64,000 bases of DNA, taken from the IMG/VR virus record IMGVR_UViG_3300009151_000053, positions 18,213-82,212 of that record; one strand, 5' to 3'. Below are positions 46,651-57,164 of this stretch, one piece after another; the first letter of the stretch is position 1, and every line of letters begins with the position of its first letter. The position numbers and the translations under genes are program-made. The notes below the pieces were generated by a model. It was not told the origin of the DNA. It worked only from the letters and a program-made list of their open reading frames with translations, and did no database searches. Origin of the DNA: a virus.

Positions 46651-47379
46651 ATGGCAACCAACGTTTTCTTTAATAACTTCACAAATGCACCTGAACAAAA
46701 CCTCATTGAAGATTTGATCATTGAATCCATTCGCCAGTATGGTCACGATGTATTCTATTGCCCAAGAACTCTGATTGCCAAGGATGATATCTATGGCGAA
46801 GACACGCTTTCTGAGTATAATGGTAACTATGAAATAGAAATGTATATTCGCAGTTACGATAGTTATGAAGGCGATGGGCAGTTTCTGTCTAAGTTCAATC
46901 TAGAAATCAGAGACCAAGTAACATTTACTGTTGCTCTTAGAGTCTTTGCTAATGAAGTTGGTCAATATACTAATCTAGTACGCCCAAGTGAAGGTGATCT
47001 AATCTATCTTCCAATGGCTAATCGTATTCTTGTGATCAAGTATGTAAACAAAACACCAGTATTCTATCAGATGGGCGCTATTCAAATGGTCGATCTTGTT
47101 TGTGAGATGTGGGAATATAGTAGCGAGAAACTTAATACTGGTATTGATCTTATTGATGCTTATGAAATGAACAACACATTGGATATGAATGACTTTGCCA
47201 TTCTGACTGCTGATGGTTATGAGATTTCTACAGAAGAAGGCTCTGCTATTCTTCAAGGCACATATGATCTTGATGTCCAGACACATGACGTGTTCTCTGA
47301 TAACGAAGAGTTCCAGATCGAAGGCGAGACGATTCTTGACTGGTCAGATTCCGATCCTTTCAGTGAAGGTAGTGTCTGA
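46651..47379 (+). CDS. gp14: Neck protein gp14
   Basis: EQNLIEDLIIESI..YG.DV.Y.PR; FLSKF.LEIRD; RP.EGDLIY.P; DPFSE. Confidence 0.92.
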   Translation: MATNVFFNNFTNAPEQNLIEDLIIESIRQYGHDVFYCPRTLIAKDDIYGEDTLSEYNGNYEIEMYIRSYDSYEGDGQFLSKFNLEIRDQVTFTVALRVFANEVGQYTNLVRPSEGDLIYLPMANRILVIKYVNKTPVFYQMGAIQMVDLVCEMWEYSSEKLNTGIDLIDAYEMNNTLDMNDFAILTADGYEISTEEGSAILQGTYDLDVQTHDVFSDNEEFQIEGETILDWSDSDPFSEGSV

Positions 47380-47391
47380 CATAAACTTTTT

Positions 47392-47422
47392 TATAAATAC
47401 TCTTAACTGTAAAGGAGTATTT
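47392..47422 (+). promoter_or_regulatory. Late promoter plus RBS-sequestering hairpin of the homing endonuclease
   Basis: TATAAATA at 47392-47399; AAATACTC (47395-47402) pairs with GAGTATTT (47415-47422), covering the GGAG RBS. Confidence 0.75.
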
Positions 47423-47424
47423 CT

Positions 47425-48162
47425 ATGGAAAAATATGGTTTTGTTTATATCTGGTTAGACCGCAAACATAAGCGTTATTACATCGGTTCTCATTGGGGAA
47501 CAGAAGATGATGGTTATGTCTGTAGTTCTTCTTGGATGAAAAAAGCATTAAAAAATAGACCAAACGATTTCAAAAAAAAGATTATAGCAAGAATATATTC
47601 TTCAAAACAAGATTTGTTAAATGAAGAAAATAGATGGTTGGCTATGATTAAACCGGAAGAACTAAAAGAAAGATATTATAACTTAAGAATACATGATTTT
47701 GGTCATTGGTCGGCTGATCAAGATTTATCATTATCAGTCGGACAGAAAATATCAGCGTCTCTCATCAAAATGTACAACGCTGATGGTTATGTTAATCCCA
47801 GTAAAGGCAGACCTAAGAGCGAAGAAACTCGCAAAAAACTGTCTAATGCGCTTAAAGGAATACCCAAAAACTATGTAAGATCAGAAGAAACTCGCAAAAA
47901 AATATCAGAAAACAGTATAAGATTACAAAAAGAACATAAAGTTGGAATGCATGGAAAGAAACATACAACCGAAACTTTAAATCTTATGAGCAAAAATAAT
48001 GCAATGAATGATTTAATAAATAGAAAAAAGATAGGCGATGCTCTTAAAGGAACGCAAGGTCTTATGTTGAATGGAAATAAAAAAATGGCTAGGCCAAATA
48101 CAGAAAAATGGAACGATCTTATAAGTTTGGGTTATGTTCCTATTAATAAAGAGTTGATCTAA
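47425..48162 (+). mobile_element. Free-standing GIY-YIG (Seg-like) homing endonuclease gene
   Basis: GFVYIW......YYIGSH.G...DGY..SS; NUMOD3-like SEETRKK(L/I)S repeats; AT-rich; lies between gp14 and gp15. Confidence 0.85.
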
Positions 48163-48983
48163 TGTTTGGACAAACTTTTTACCATGGCACACTAAGAAAA
48201 TACGTTGTTCTGTTCGGAACGATCTTCAACAACATTATCATTGAAAGAGATAATGCGGCTGGTGTTGTTCAACAGACAATGAAGGTGCCTTTGTCATATG
48301 GACCAAAAGAAAAGTTTCTAGCACGTCTTGAAGGTGATCCAACACTAGAGAACCAAGCGGCTATCGTATTGCCAAGAATGTCATTTGAGATGTCTGGCTT
48401 TACCTATGATGCTTCGCGTAAGACAAACACGCTCAATAAAATCTCACAACCTGCCACGGACAAAAGTTCGGCTAGTTATCAGTATGCTCCTGTGCCATAC
48501 AACATCCAATTTACAATGTCGATCATGGTAAAGAATGCAGAAGATGGCACACGCATCATTGAACAGATTCTGCCTTACTTCACTCCACACTGGACCGCAA
48601 GTGTTGAACTTATTCCTGAGATGAATGCGGTATACGATATTCCTCTTGTCATTGATAGTATCTCACAAGAAGACTCATATACAGGACCATTTGATCAAAG
48701 ACGCGCTATCATCTGGACATTAACTTTCACAATGAAAGGATATGTATTCGGTCCTACAAAGACTTCTAAGATCATCAAGTATTCTGAAATCAACTTCAAG
48801 ATTCCAAGAAGCGGCGATCCTATTGCTAACACGGCTCTTGCTAACACGGTTACAATAGAAGTCACACCAGGGCTAACTGCTGGTGGTCTACCAACATCTA
48901 ATGCTGCTGCATCTATTGGCGTTCCCAATATCGTCGCAACAGACAACTATGGTTTCATAACGGATTTTACTGAGAACTTATAA
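48162..48983 (+). CDS. gp15: Tail sheath stabilizer/completion protein gp15
   Basis: FYH...RKYV..FGT.FN; VPLSYGPKEKFLARL; LPRMSFE; IIEQILPYF.P. Confidence 0.93.
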   Translation: MFGQTFYHGTLRKYVVLFGTIFNNIIIERDNAAGVVQQTMKVPLSYGPKEKFLARLEGDPTLENQAAIVLPRMSFEMSGFTYDASRKTNTLNKISQPATDKSSASYQYAPVPYNIQFTMSIMVKNAEDGTRIIEQILPYFTPHWTASVELIPEMNAVYDIPLVIDSISQEDSYTGPFDQRRAIIWTLTFTMKGYVFGPTKTSKIIKYSEINFKIPRSGDPIANTALANTVTIEVTPGLTAGGLPTSNAAASIGVPNIVATDNYGFITDFTENL

Positions 48984-49402
48984 TGAAAGATTTAGACAAG
49001 TTTTTGAATATTGCACCTGAAGATGTGGTCGAAGTGAATCTTCCTGCCACCATTTCTCAACAGCCGCAACAGACAGCAATGATAGAGAATCAGATTGCAG
49101 ATGACTTTGAGTTTGCAAGAGACAATCTATATGACATTATCGGCAAAGGCACAGAAGCCTTGGAAGAACTTGTCAATATTGCATCTCAATCACAATCGCC
49201 TAGGGATTATGAAGTCCTCGGCACAATGATCAACACACTCGTGACAGCCAACAAAAGTCTTCTTGAAATGCAAAAGAAAAAGAAAGAGTTGATCATATCC
49301 GCTGCTCCTGAAGCAGCACAGAACATAACCAATAATCTTTTTGTGGGTAGTACGGCTGAACTGCAAAAGTTTATAGCAGATAGAAAAAAGACGGATGAGT
49401 GA
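48983..49402 (+). CDS. gp16: Terminase small subunit gp16
   Basis: DFEFAR.NL...G..AL...A..S.SPR.YEV; NNLFVGSTAELQK. Confidence 0.92.
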   Translation: MKDLDKFLNIAPEDVVEVNLPATISQQPQQTAMIENQIADDFEFARDNLYDIIGKGTEALEELVNIASQSQSPRDYEVLGTMINTLVTANKSLLEMQKKKKELIISAAPEAAQNITNNLFVGSTAELQKFIADRKKTDE

Positions 49403-51059
49403 ATTTTATCTAAATAACCCACGATTAAAACGATCTAATGTTAAAGTAGAATATACCGCAGAACAACTTGAAGAATATATCAAATGTTCTGAAGATCCAA
49501 TCTATTTCATTAAGACTTACTGCAAAATTGTTAACGTTGACCAAGGTCTGATCAACTTCCGCCTCTGGGGTTTCCAAGAGGAAATGATTCTCAAGTTTGA
49601 GACTGATCGATTTGTTATCTGTAAGATGCCTCGACAGGTTGGTAAGACGACAACTGTTGCTGCATACTTGATGTGGAAGATTCTCTTCACAGAAAACTAT
49701 AACATTGCTATCCTAGCAAACAAGGACAGACAGTCAAGAGAAATCTTGAGCCGTGTCCAACTTATGTTTGAGCATCTTCCAAAGTGGCTTCAGATGGGTG
49801 TGGTCGAATGGAACAAGGGTAATATTGAACTTGAGAATGGCTCTAAGATTCTAGCATCTGCTACATCATCATCAGCCATTCGTGGTGGTTCGTTCAACCT
49901 TGTTTACCTAGATGAGTTTGCGTTCGTTCCCACCAATATTCAAGATGAGTTCTTCGCTTCGGTTTATCCTACGATTTCATCTGGTCAGACATCCAAGATT
50001 CTTATCACATCAACGCCTAACGGCATGAACATGTTCTATAAGATTTGGGTTGATTCAGAAGAGGGCAGAAACACATATGGCAGAGTTGATGTTCATTGGT
50101 CACAGATTCCTGGACGTGATGAGAGGTGGAAAGCAGAGACTATTGCTAATACCTCTGAAGATCAGTTTAGACAGGAATATGATTGTGAGTTTCTAGGATC
50201 TTCTAACACGCTAATTCATCCATCCAAACTAAGAGCACTGACATACAAGACGCCGCTTACCAAAAATGATCTGGGTTTGAAGTATTATGATACACCAGAA
50301 AAGAATGCAATCTATGCAATCGTGGTTGATACCTCGCGAGGGCTTGGCGGCGACTACTCTGCATTCATTGTGGTTCAGGTCACAACGGTGCCTTATAAAG
50401 TTGTTGCAACATTTAGAAACAATATGATATCGCCTCTGATCTTTCCAAATATTATCTATGAGACGGCTACGCATTTCAACAATGCATTGGTGCTCGTAGA
50501 AACAAATGACATTGGTCAACAGGTCGCTGATATTCTTCATTATGATATGGAATATGAGGGCGTGTTTGTTACGGCAAATAGTGGAAGAACAGGACAAACT
50601 CTTTCTGGTGGATTTGCTACGACCACACATTATGGCGTAAGAACCACAAAACAAGTCAAGCGTATCGGATGCTCGGCTCTTAAGACACTTGTTGAATCCG
50701 ATAAACTTATTATTGAAGATTATGACATCATCAGCGAACTTATGAGATTCTCTCAAAAAGGACAATCATATGAAGCAGAAGATGGCCATGACGATCTAGC
50801 AATGTGTTGTGTTCTCTTTGGATGGCTAACTTCACAGCCATATCTTAAAGAGTTGACAGACGTTGATATTCGTCAAAAGATTTTTGACCAGAATGCACAA
50901 ATGTTTGAAGAAGAAATGCTTCCTTTTGGAATCTATTCTAGCGGAGATTCTGTTGCCGATGCGGAGATTAATCAACCTATTGATTTAAAAACAAACTTAC
51001 CAAGAGACGACTTCTGGATGGCAATGAACGCCGATAAAGTCAACTCTGACAATTTATAA
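49395..51059 (+). CDS. gp17: Terminase large subunit gp17
   Basis: PRQVGKTT Walker A, YLDEFAF Walker B, STPNG.N.FY, HDDLAM. Confidence 0.96.
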   Translation: MSEFYLNNPRLKRSNVKVEYTAEQLEEYIKCSEDPIYFIKTYCKIVNVDQGLINFRLWGFQEEMILKFETDRFVICKMPRQVGKTTTVAAYLMWKILFTENYNIAILANKDRQSREILSRVQLMFEHLPKWLQMGVVEWNKGNIELENGSKILASATSSSAIRGGSFNLVYLDEFAFVPTNIQDEFFASVYPTISSGQTSKILITSTPNGMNMFYKIWVDSEEGRNTYGRVDVHWSQIPGRDERWKAETIANTSEDQFRQEYDCEFLGSSNTLIHPSKLRALTYKTPLTKNDLGLKYYDTPEKNAIYAIVVDTSRGLGGDYSAFIVVQVTTVPYKVVATFRNNMISPLIFPNIIYETATHFNNALVLVETNDIGQQVADILHYDMEYEGVFVTANSGRTGQTLSGGFATTTHYGVRTTKQVKRIGCSALKTLVESDKLIIEDYDIISELMRFSQKGQSYEAEDGHDDLAMCCVLFGWLTSQPYLKELTDVDIRQKIFDQNAQMFEEEMLPFGIYSSGDSVADAEINQPIDLKTNLPRDDFWMAMNADKVNSDNL

Positions 51060-51062
51060 ATA
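51055..51062 (+). promoter_or_regulatory. Late promoter TATAAATA
   Basis: Exact consensus upstream of gp18. Confidence 0.75.
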
Positions 51063-51104
51063 AAAGCAAATATCGCAACTAACACCTTTGAATGGGAGAT
51101 CACA

Positions 51105-53444
51105 ATGGCGTTCCAAGTCAGCCCTGGAGTAAATATTTCTGAAATCGATCTAACTAGCGTAATTCCATCAGTTTCCACCACAGAAGGTGCAATTGGCGGA
51201 ACGTTTGGTTGGGGACCTATCGGAAAGTTTGTTCTAGTAGATTCTGAAAATACTCTAGCGGCTCGTTACGGCAAGCCAACAAACAACAATGCAGAAACAT
51301 TTTTTACTGCTGCAAACTTCCTTGCATACGGCAATCGTCTGTATGTGAGCCGCGCTGCTAAGACCAATGGTTTCTCAAACACAGTTGGTTCAATCTCAAC
51401 ATCAAGCAACACAACGATTTTTGTTGCTGGTGCTACGACATTTACCGCTGCTGGTATTACCGCTGGTCAAGCGATTTATGGTGCTGGCATTACTGAAGGC
51501 ACAACTGTATCATCACTATCAGCAAACGCGACTCACCAGATTGCCGTTATCTCGGCTAACGCAACTGCAACTGGCACAGCCTCGCTTAACTTCTATGACT
51601 TGACAAACTCTTATAATGCTGTTGCTAATAGCACTACAGCGGTAACTCGTTCTTCATATATCATCAAGAATGCAGATCATTTTGAAACTATATCTATTGC
51701 GAGTGGTGTTGAATTTGTTGCTCGTTATCCTGGCGATTTAGGAAATTCTCTTAAGATTTCTGTTTGTGATAATGCTACACAGTATAACTCTACCATCAAT
51801 CCTTATGCATTTACCGGCAAAACCGATGCTGCTAATGGCATTTCTACAAATAGTACGGTAATTCCTGGACCTTCTGGTATCACAATTAATGTAAATGAAA
51901 ATACTGCAAATGTTTTCATCGCAAATACATCTACATGGCCAGTCGCAGTTGGTGTGGTTTATCCATTTACAAATGATATTAGAAATAATTTCGCTGTTGG
52001 TGATTATATTGAAGTTGGAAACAACTCGATTGGAAAACAATATTTAAAGATTAAATCGGTCGGAACAGTTTCTAACACAGGTGCTGGTTCTCCTACAGGA
52101 CAATGTACGTTTAATCTTATTTTTGAAACTCCATATCAACTGTCAACAAACTATGCTGCGAACACTGTAACACGCAACTGGGAATATTTCAATAATATTT
52201 CTACTGCTCCTGGCACTTCTGCAACGCTTACGGCTTTAGGCGCAACTGCTGTTGACCAACTAAGTGCTGTTGTTGTTGACCAAGACGGCGTTTTTACGGG
52301 TGTTCCTGGAACAATTCTTGAAGTATTCCAAAATATGTCAAGAGCAACAGACGCTAAGAATATTGATGGAACGACAAACTATTATAAAACTGTAATCAAT
52401 GATGGGTCAAACTATGTTTGGGCTACAAATGATCGCACAACTGCTCCATCAAATACTGCTATCAATGTAATCAACTCGACATCCACAGTTCCTTATGTTG
52501 CATCATTTGTAGGCGGCGCGGATGGAACAACTTCATCAACTATCGCTCTTGCCGATCTTGCTGCTGCATATGATCTGTTCAAAGACGCTTCTTCGGTTGA
52601 CGTTTCTCTGATCATGCAAGGCAAGGCTCGCGGTGGTACTAATGGCGAACAACTTGCCAACTATCTGATCGACAACATTGCAGAAAATCGCAAAGACTGT
52701 ATCGTATTTGTTTCTCCAGAAAAAGCAGACGTATTCGGCACAACTGCAATCGGTTCAGAAGCGGCTAGCATCGTAACGTTTAGAAACAGCGTTCGTTCTT
52801 CTTCTTATGCGTTCATTGATTCTGGTTACAAGTACCAGTATGACAAGTACAATGATGTTAATCGTTGGATTCCATTGAATGGTGATATCGCTGGTCTTAC
52901 GGCTCGCACAGATACCACTCGTGATCCTTGGTTCTCGCCTGCTGGCTACAATCGTGGTCAGATCAAGAACCTCGTCAAACTTGCTTACAACCCAACTCAA
53001 GCGGACCGTGATGTTCTTTATAAGAATAGCATCAATCCAGTAATGACGAAGCCTGGACAAGGCACAGTGTTGTTCGGTGATAAGACCGCACTTAACAAGG
53101 GAAGCGCATTCGATCATATCAATGTTCGTCGTCTCTTCATTATCCTTGAGAAGACAATCTCTACCGCTGCCCAATCTACACTGTTTGAGTTCAATGACGA
53201 ATTCACGAGAGCACAGTTCAAGAACCTCGTAGAGCCATTCTTGCGTGATGTTCAAGGTCGTCGTGGTATCTATGACTTCCGCGTTGTTTGCGACGAATCA
53301 AACAATACATCAGAAGTTATCGATAGCAACCGCTTTGTTGGCGATATCTATGTTAAACCAGCCGCGTCTATCAACTTCATTCAACTAAACTTTGTTGCTG
53401 TAAGAAGCGGCGTTGAGTTTACTGAAGTCGTTGGCAAATTTTAA
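51105..53444 (+). CDS. gp18: Tail sheath protein gp18
   Basis: FQVSPGV...EIDL; PWFSPAG.NRG; FD.INVRRLF; FEFNDEFTR; INFIQLNFVA. Confidence 0.96.
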   Translation: MAFQVSPGVNISEIDLTSVIPSVSTTEGAIGGTFGWGPIGKFVLVDSENTLAARYGKPTNNNAETFFTAANFLAYGNRLYVSRAAKTNGFSNTVGSISTSSNTTIFVAGATTFTAAGITAGQAIYGAGITEGTTVSSLSANATHQIAVISANATATGTASLNFYDLTNSYNAVANSTTAVTRSSYIIKNADHFETISIASGVEFVARYPGDLGNSLKISVCDNATQYNSTINPYAFTGKTDAANGISTNSTVIPGPSGITINVNENTANVFIANTSTWPVAVGVVYPFTNDIRNNFAVGDYIEVGNNSIGKQYLKIKSVGTVSNTGAGSPTGQCTFNLIFETPYQLSTNYAANTVTRNWEYFNNISTAPGTSATLTALGATAVDQLSAVVVDQDGVFTGVPGTILEVFQNMSRATDAKNIDGTTNYYKTVINDGSNYVWATNDRTTAPSNTAINVINSTSTVPYVASFVGGADGTTSSTIALADLAAAYDLFKDASSVDVSLIMQGKARGGTNGEQLANYLIDNIAENRKDCIVFVSPEKADVFGTTAIGSEAASIVTFRNSVRSSSYAFIDSGYKYQYDKYNDVNRWIPLNGDIAGLTARTDTTRDPWFSPAGYNRGQIKNLVKLAYNPTQADRDVLYKNSINPVMTKPGQGTVLFGDKTALNKGSAFDHINVRRLFIILEKTISTAAQSTLFEFNDEFTRAQFKNLVEPFLRDVQGRRGIYDFRVVCDESNNTSEVIDSNRFVGDIYVKPAASINFIQLNFVAVRSGVEFTEVVGKF

Positions 53445-53468
53445 TAAATAAGAAAAAGGAGATAAAAC

Positions 53469-54005
53469 GTGGCATTCAACATAAATGACATCAGAAGTCA
53501 ACTTACTTATGGAGGTGCTAGACAGAACCTTTTCCAAGTAAATATTCAGAATCTTGGAAATGGATCAGCAGACTTCAAAGTTCCGTTCATGGTACAGGCG
53601 GCGCAATTGCCCGCCTCTACTATCACACCTATCAATGTTCCGTATTTCGGTCGTCAACTTAAACTTGCTGGTGACAGAACATTTGAACCATGGACTGTAA
53701 ACATCATCAACGATGAAGATTTCTTGATCCGTAATGCAATGGAAGAATGGTCTAACAAGATCAATCGTCTCCAGCGTAACGTTAGAGAGATTAATAAATA
53801 CAAGTCACAAGCACAAGTCACACAGTTCGGCAAAGACGGAACTAAACTCCGTATTTACGAATTCAATGGTATCTTCCCAACAAGCATTTCTGCTATTGAT
53901 CTGGGCTGGGATGCAGACAATGCTTATGAAACATTCCAAGTCACATTCGAATATGACTATTGGACTGTTGCTGGTGGTGTAACTGGTAATGCTGGCGGTT
54001 CGTAA
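53469..54005 (+). CDS. gp19: Tail tube protein gp19
   Basis: GTG start behind AGGAG; GGAR.NLF; GR.LK.AGDRTF..W...IINDEDF. AATAAATA at 53443. Confidence 0.94.
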   Translation: MAFNINDIRSQLTYGGARQNLFQVNIQNLGNGSADFKVPFMVQAAQLPASTITPINVPYFGRQLKLAGDRTFEPWTVNIINDEDFLIRNAMEEWSNKINRLQRNVREINKYKSQAQVTQFGKDGTKLRIYEFNGIFPTSISAIDLGWDADNAYETFQVTFEYDYWTVAGGVTGNAGGS

Positions 54006-54041
54006 CTGAACCCTTTATAATATTAGTATTTGGAGATTATT

Positions 54042-55673
54042 TTGGCTGAACTATTCGGTTTCGAGATTAAAAGAAAAGTAGAAGAGAAGCCCATCGTTTC
54101 TTTTGCCCCAAAGCAAGAGGACGATGGCGCTCTCGTTGTATCTGAAGGTGGCGTTTATGGCACCTTTGTTGATATGGATGGTTCAATCAGAACTGAAAGC
54201 GAACTGGTTAACAAGTATCGTGAAATGGCACAACACCCTGATGTTGAACTAGCCGTTGATGATATTGTTAACGAAGCAATCGTGGCTGATCCTAAGAAAG
54301 AAATCGTCACACTCAATCTGGATGAGTTAAAACAACCAGACAACATTAAAAAGATGATTCAAGCAGAGTTTGCAAATGTGCTAGAACTTCTTGAGTTTAC
54401 AACTCATAGTTATGAAGTCTTTAAGCGTTGGTACGTTGACGGAAGACTCTATTATCATATCATCATTGATGAACAAAATCCAAGAGAAGGCATCAGAGAA
54501 CTTCGCTATATTGATCCGCGCAAGATTCGCAAGATTCGTGCTGAAAGAAAGCGCAAGATCAAAGGCACGAATGTGTCTGGTATTGAAGTTGCTAGCGAGT
54601 TCTTCATGTACAATGAAAGAGGCTTTGCTAAGGCTCCTGGAAACAACTCATACAGTGATGCAACACAGGCTGGTGTTCGTATTGCTAAAGATGCAATCGT
54701 TCAAGTTACAAGCGGGCTAACAAACACTGCTGGTGATCTGATCCTTGGTTATCTAAACAAAGCAATCAAGCCTCTAAACATGCTGCGGTCGATGGAAGAC
54801 AGTCTTGTTATCTATCGTATCTCTCGTGCACCAGAACGCCGTATCTTCTACGTTGACGTTGGTAATCTTCCTAAGCAAAAAGCCGAGCAATATCTTCGCG
54901 ATATCATGACTCGTTTCAAGAACAAGATCGTTTACGATTCGGGCACTGGTGAAATCCGTGATGACCGTAAGTTCATGACAATGCTAGAAGACTTCTGGTT
55001 GCCTCGCCGTGAAGGCGGTAAAGGAACAGAAATCACTACACTTCCAGGTGGACAAAACCTTGGTCAGATTGATGACATTGTTTACTTCCAGAAAAAGATG
55101 TATAAGTCATTGAACGTTCCTGTTGGTCGTCTGGATTCTGAACAACAGTATAGTTTTGGTCGAACTACAGAAATCAGTAGAGATGAAGTTAAGTTTGCCA
55201 AGTTTGTGCAAAGACTTCGCTCTAAGTTCTCAGAAGTGTTTACTCGTGTTCTAGAAAAGCAACTGGTTCTTAAGGGCATCATTACTCTGGATGACTGGCC
55301 AGAGATTGTGGCTGCATTCAAGTATGAGTATGCTGAAGACAATCACTTTGCAGAACTAAGAAATACCGAAATCCTTAGAGACCGCGTTTCAATGTTGCGA
55401 GATGTTGTTGACTATGCGGGTAAGTATTTTTCAAACGAATGGATTCGCCGCAATGTTCTGTATCAAACTGAAGAAGATATGGAAGAGATTGATAAGCAGA
55501 TCAAAGAAGAGCAAGACAATCCACAGTATCAAGTATTAGATGCTGCTCCACAAGATGGATTGCCGCCTGTTGCTGCCGACCAACAACAGATTCCACAAGA
55601 TCAAGCACCAGCACCTAAAGCCAAGCCAGATATGAGCATGGGTCCTAAAGTGCCTGATGTTGTCAAGAAATAA
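54042..55673 (+). CDS. gp20: Portal vertex protein gp20
   Basis: Start revised to the TTG behind GGAG (MAELFGF). WYVDGR; IYRISRAPERRIFYVDVGNLPK; EDFWLPRREGG.GTEITTLPGGQNLG. Confidence 0.96.
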   Translation: MAELFGFEIKRKVEEKPIVSFAPKQEDDGALVVSEGGVYGTFVDMDGSIRTESELVNKYREMAQHPDVELAVDDIVNEAIVADPKKEIVTLNLDELKQPDNIKKMIQAEFANVLELLEFTTHSYEVFKRWYVDGRLYYHIIIDEQNPREGIRELRYIDPRKIRKIRAERKRKIKGTNVSGIEVASEFFMYNERGFAKAPGNNSYSDATQAGVRIAKDAIVQVTSGLTNTAGDLILGYLNKAIKPLNMLRSMEDSLVIYRISRAPERRIFYVDVGNLPKQKAEQYLRDIMTRFKNKIVYDSGTGEIRDDRKFMTMLEDFWLPRREGGKGTEITTLPGGQNLGQIDDIVYFQKKMYKSLNVPVGRLDSEQQYSFGRTTEISRDEVKFAKFVQRLRSKFSEVFTRVLEKQLVLKGIITLDDWPEIVAAFKYEYAEDNHFAELRNTEILRDRVSMLRDVVDYAGKYFSNEWIRRNVLYQTEEDMEEIDKQIKEEQDNPQYQVLDAAPQDGLPPVAADQQQIPQDQAPAPKAKPDMSMGPKVPDVVKK

Positions 55674-55680
55674 ATGCTAT

Positions 55681-55688
55681 TATAAATA
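55681..55688 (+). promoter_or_regulatory. Late promoter TATAAATA
   Basis: Exact consensus upstream of 55712. Confidence 0.75.
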
Positions 55689-55711
55689 TATTAAAGATTT
55701 GGAGAAAACCC

Positions 55712-56059
55712 ATGCCAACTATTGACGATTTGATTGACTACGCAGACGCTTCGATGCCAACAAAGTTTGGTGAAACTCTAGAGACCATCCTCGCTCAAAA
55801 GGCTGCGGATTCATTGGCGCAAATGAAAGACAGCATTGCACAGAACCTGTTTGGTCAAGCGGATGAAGATGACGTTGAAGACGAAGATATCGACGATGAA
55901 GATATTGACGACACTGATGAAGACGATTACGAAGATACCGATGAAGATGATTACGAAGATGACGAAGACGAAGACTTTGACGTAGATTTTGATGATGAAG
56001 ATTTCGAAATAGACGACGAAGATTTAGAAGGAATGGAAGACGATGACGAAGACGCTTAA
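55712..56059 (+). CDS. Prohead core protein gp67-like with long acidic tail
   Basis: Position right after gp20; helical N-terminus plus about 60 D/E-rich residues. Confidence 0.65.
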   Translation: MPTIDDLIDYADASMPTKFGETLETILAQKAADSLAQMKDSIAQNLFGQADEDDVEDEDIDDEDIDDTDEDDYEDTDEDDYEDDEDEDFDVDFDDEDFEIDDEDLEGMEDDDEDA

Positions 56060-57164
56060 TCAATTTATCGAAGAAGGTTATCTTAAGGTCAAGTCTTCTG
56101 ATGAACAGAAGTTTATTGACAAGCATGTTGCTGTCCAGAATCCAGATCGTAACGGAAACGGCGATGAGGTATTCAAAGGCGCAAAGGTCAAGACGATCAA
56201 TCGCCGCAAAGAGCGCAAGGGTTATGATGCTGGCGATGACGCTAAGGTTTATGAAGAAGCGGAACTTGAAGAAAAAGCACCTCCTGGCGCTAAGTATGAG
56301 CGTATGGTAAAAGACATCAAGAAGGGCTATGCTAAAGATGGTCTGACTAATAAAGAGAAAGCCATTTCATATGCTACTGCTTGGAAGGCTAAGAAGGCTA
56401 ACGAAGAAGCCGAACTCGCTGAAATGGAAAAGGATCCAAAGACACCCGCATTCGATCCTGCTCGATCAGGTCCTGGTGGCAAAGGAAAGATGATTTCCAA
56501 AAAGAGAGCATCTAGCACATCTTCAAATCTTTTCAATAAGATTATGGATAAGCATAGCAAGTATTCTAAGGCTAACGAAGAAGCAGAACAGATTGATGAG
56601 TTGAAAGACAAAACATTGCAATCTTATGCAGACAAATCTTTTAAGGCTGCCGACAGAGCAATCACGGCTAAAAGAACAGCGGATAATGAGTCCGATCGTG
56701 AAAAGGCACGCCGTACTGCCGAAAAAAGATCTAAAGGTCTCGACATGGCAACGCAAAAACGTTTAGTTGGAATGCGTAAAGAAGAATCTGAACAGATTGA
56801 TGAACTTAAAAGAGAAACTGTACGCAGTTACTACAACAAGGCTATCGCACAAGGCAAACCGATCGCTGATAGAATGAAGATGGGTGGCGGTGATTGGTCA
56901 AGCGATGGATCAGACACAAAGACTCTGAAGAAGCGTGCCGCTGGTGTCACAATGGCTCTTAAGCGCCGTGAAGGCAAAGTTAAAATGAGCGAAGAAACTC
57001 TTGTAGACATTCTGTCTGGTCTTAAGGAATCACATATCAGAACTATGGTTGAAGTATATGAAAGCCTTAGCGAAGAGAACCAAGCAAAGTTTGTTGCAAC
57101 ATGTAAGAAAGACGGCGGCATTGATGCTATGCTTAACTTCGCAATCAAGAATAGAGGTGAATAA
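56043..57164 (+). CDS. Prohead core/internal polyprotein (gp68 position)
   Basis: N-terminal MTKTLNQFIEE; basic modules separated by EE.E(L/QI)xE; C-terminal VYESLSEENQAKF...MLNFA. Confidence 0.7.
   Translation: MTKTLNQFIEEGYLKVKSSDEQKFIDKHVAVQNPDRNGNGDEVFKGAKVKTINRRKERKGYDAGDDAKVYEEAELEEKAPPGAKYERMVKDIKKGYAKDGLTNKEKAISYATAWKAKKANEEAELAEMEKDPKTPAFDPARSGPGGKGKMISKKRASSTSSNLFNKIMDKHSKYSKANEEAEQIDELKDKTLQSYADKSFKAADRAITAKRTADNESDREKARRTAEKRSKGLDMATQKRLVGMRKEESEQIDELKRETVRSYYNKAIAQGKPIADRMKMGGGDWSSDGSDTKTLKKRAAGVTMALKRREGKVKMSEETLVDILSGLKESHIRTMVEVYESLSEENQAKFVATCKKDGGIDAMLNFAIKNRGE

Noticed and set aside
55719-56126. Arg/His/Leu-rich minus-strand ORF
   Set aside because: Antisense shadow of the GAY/GAR acidic tract of 55712.
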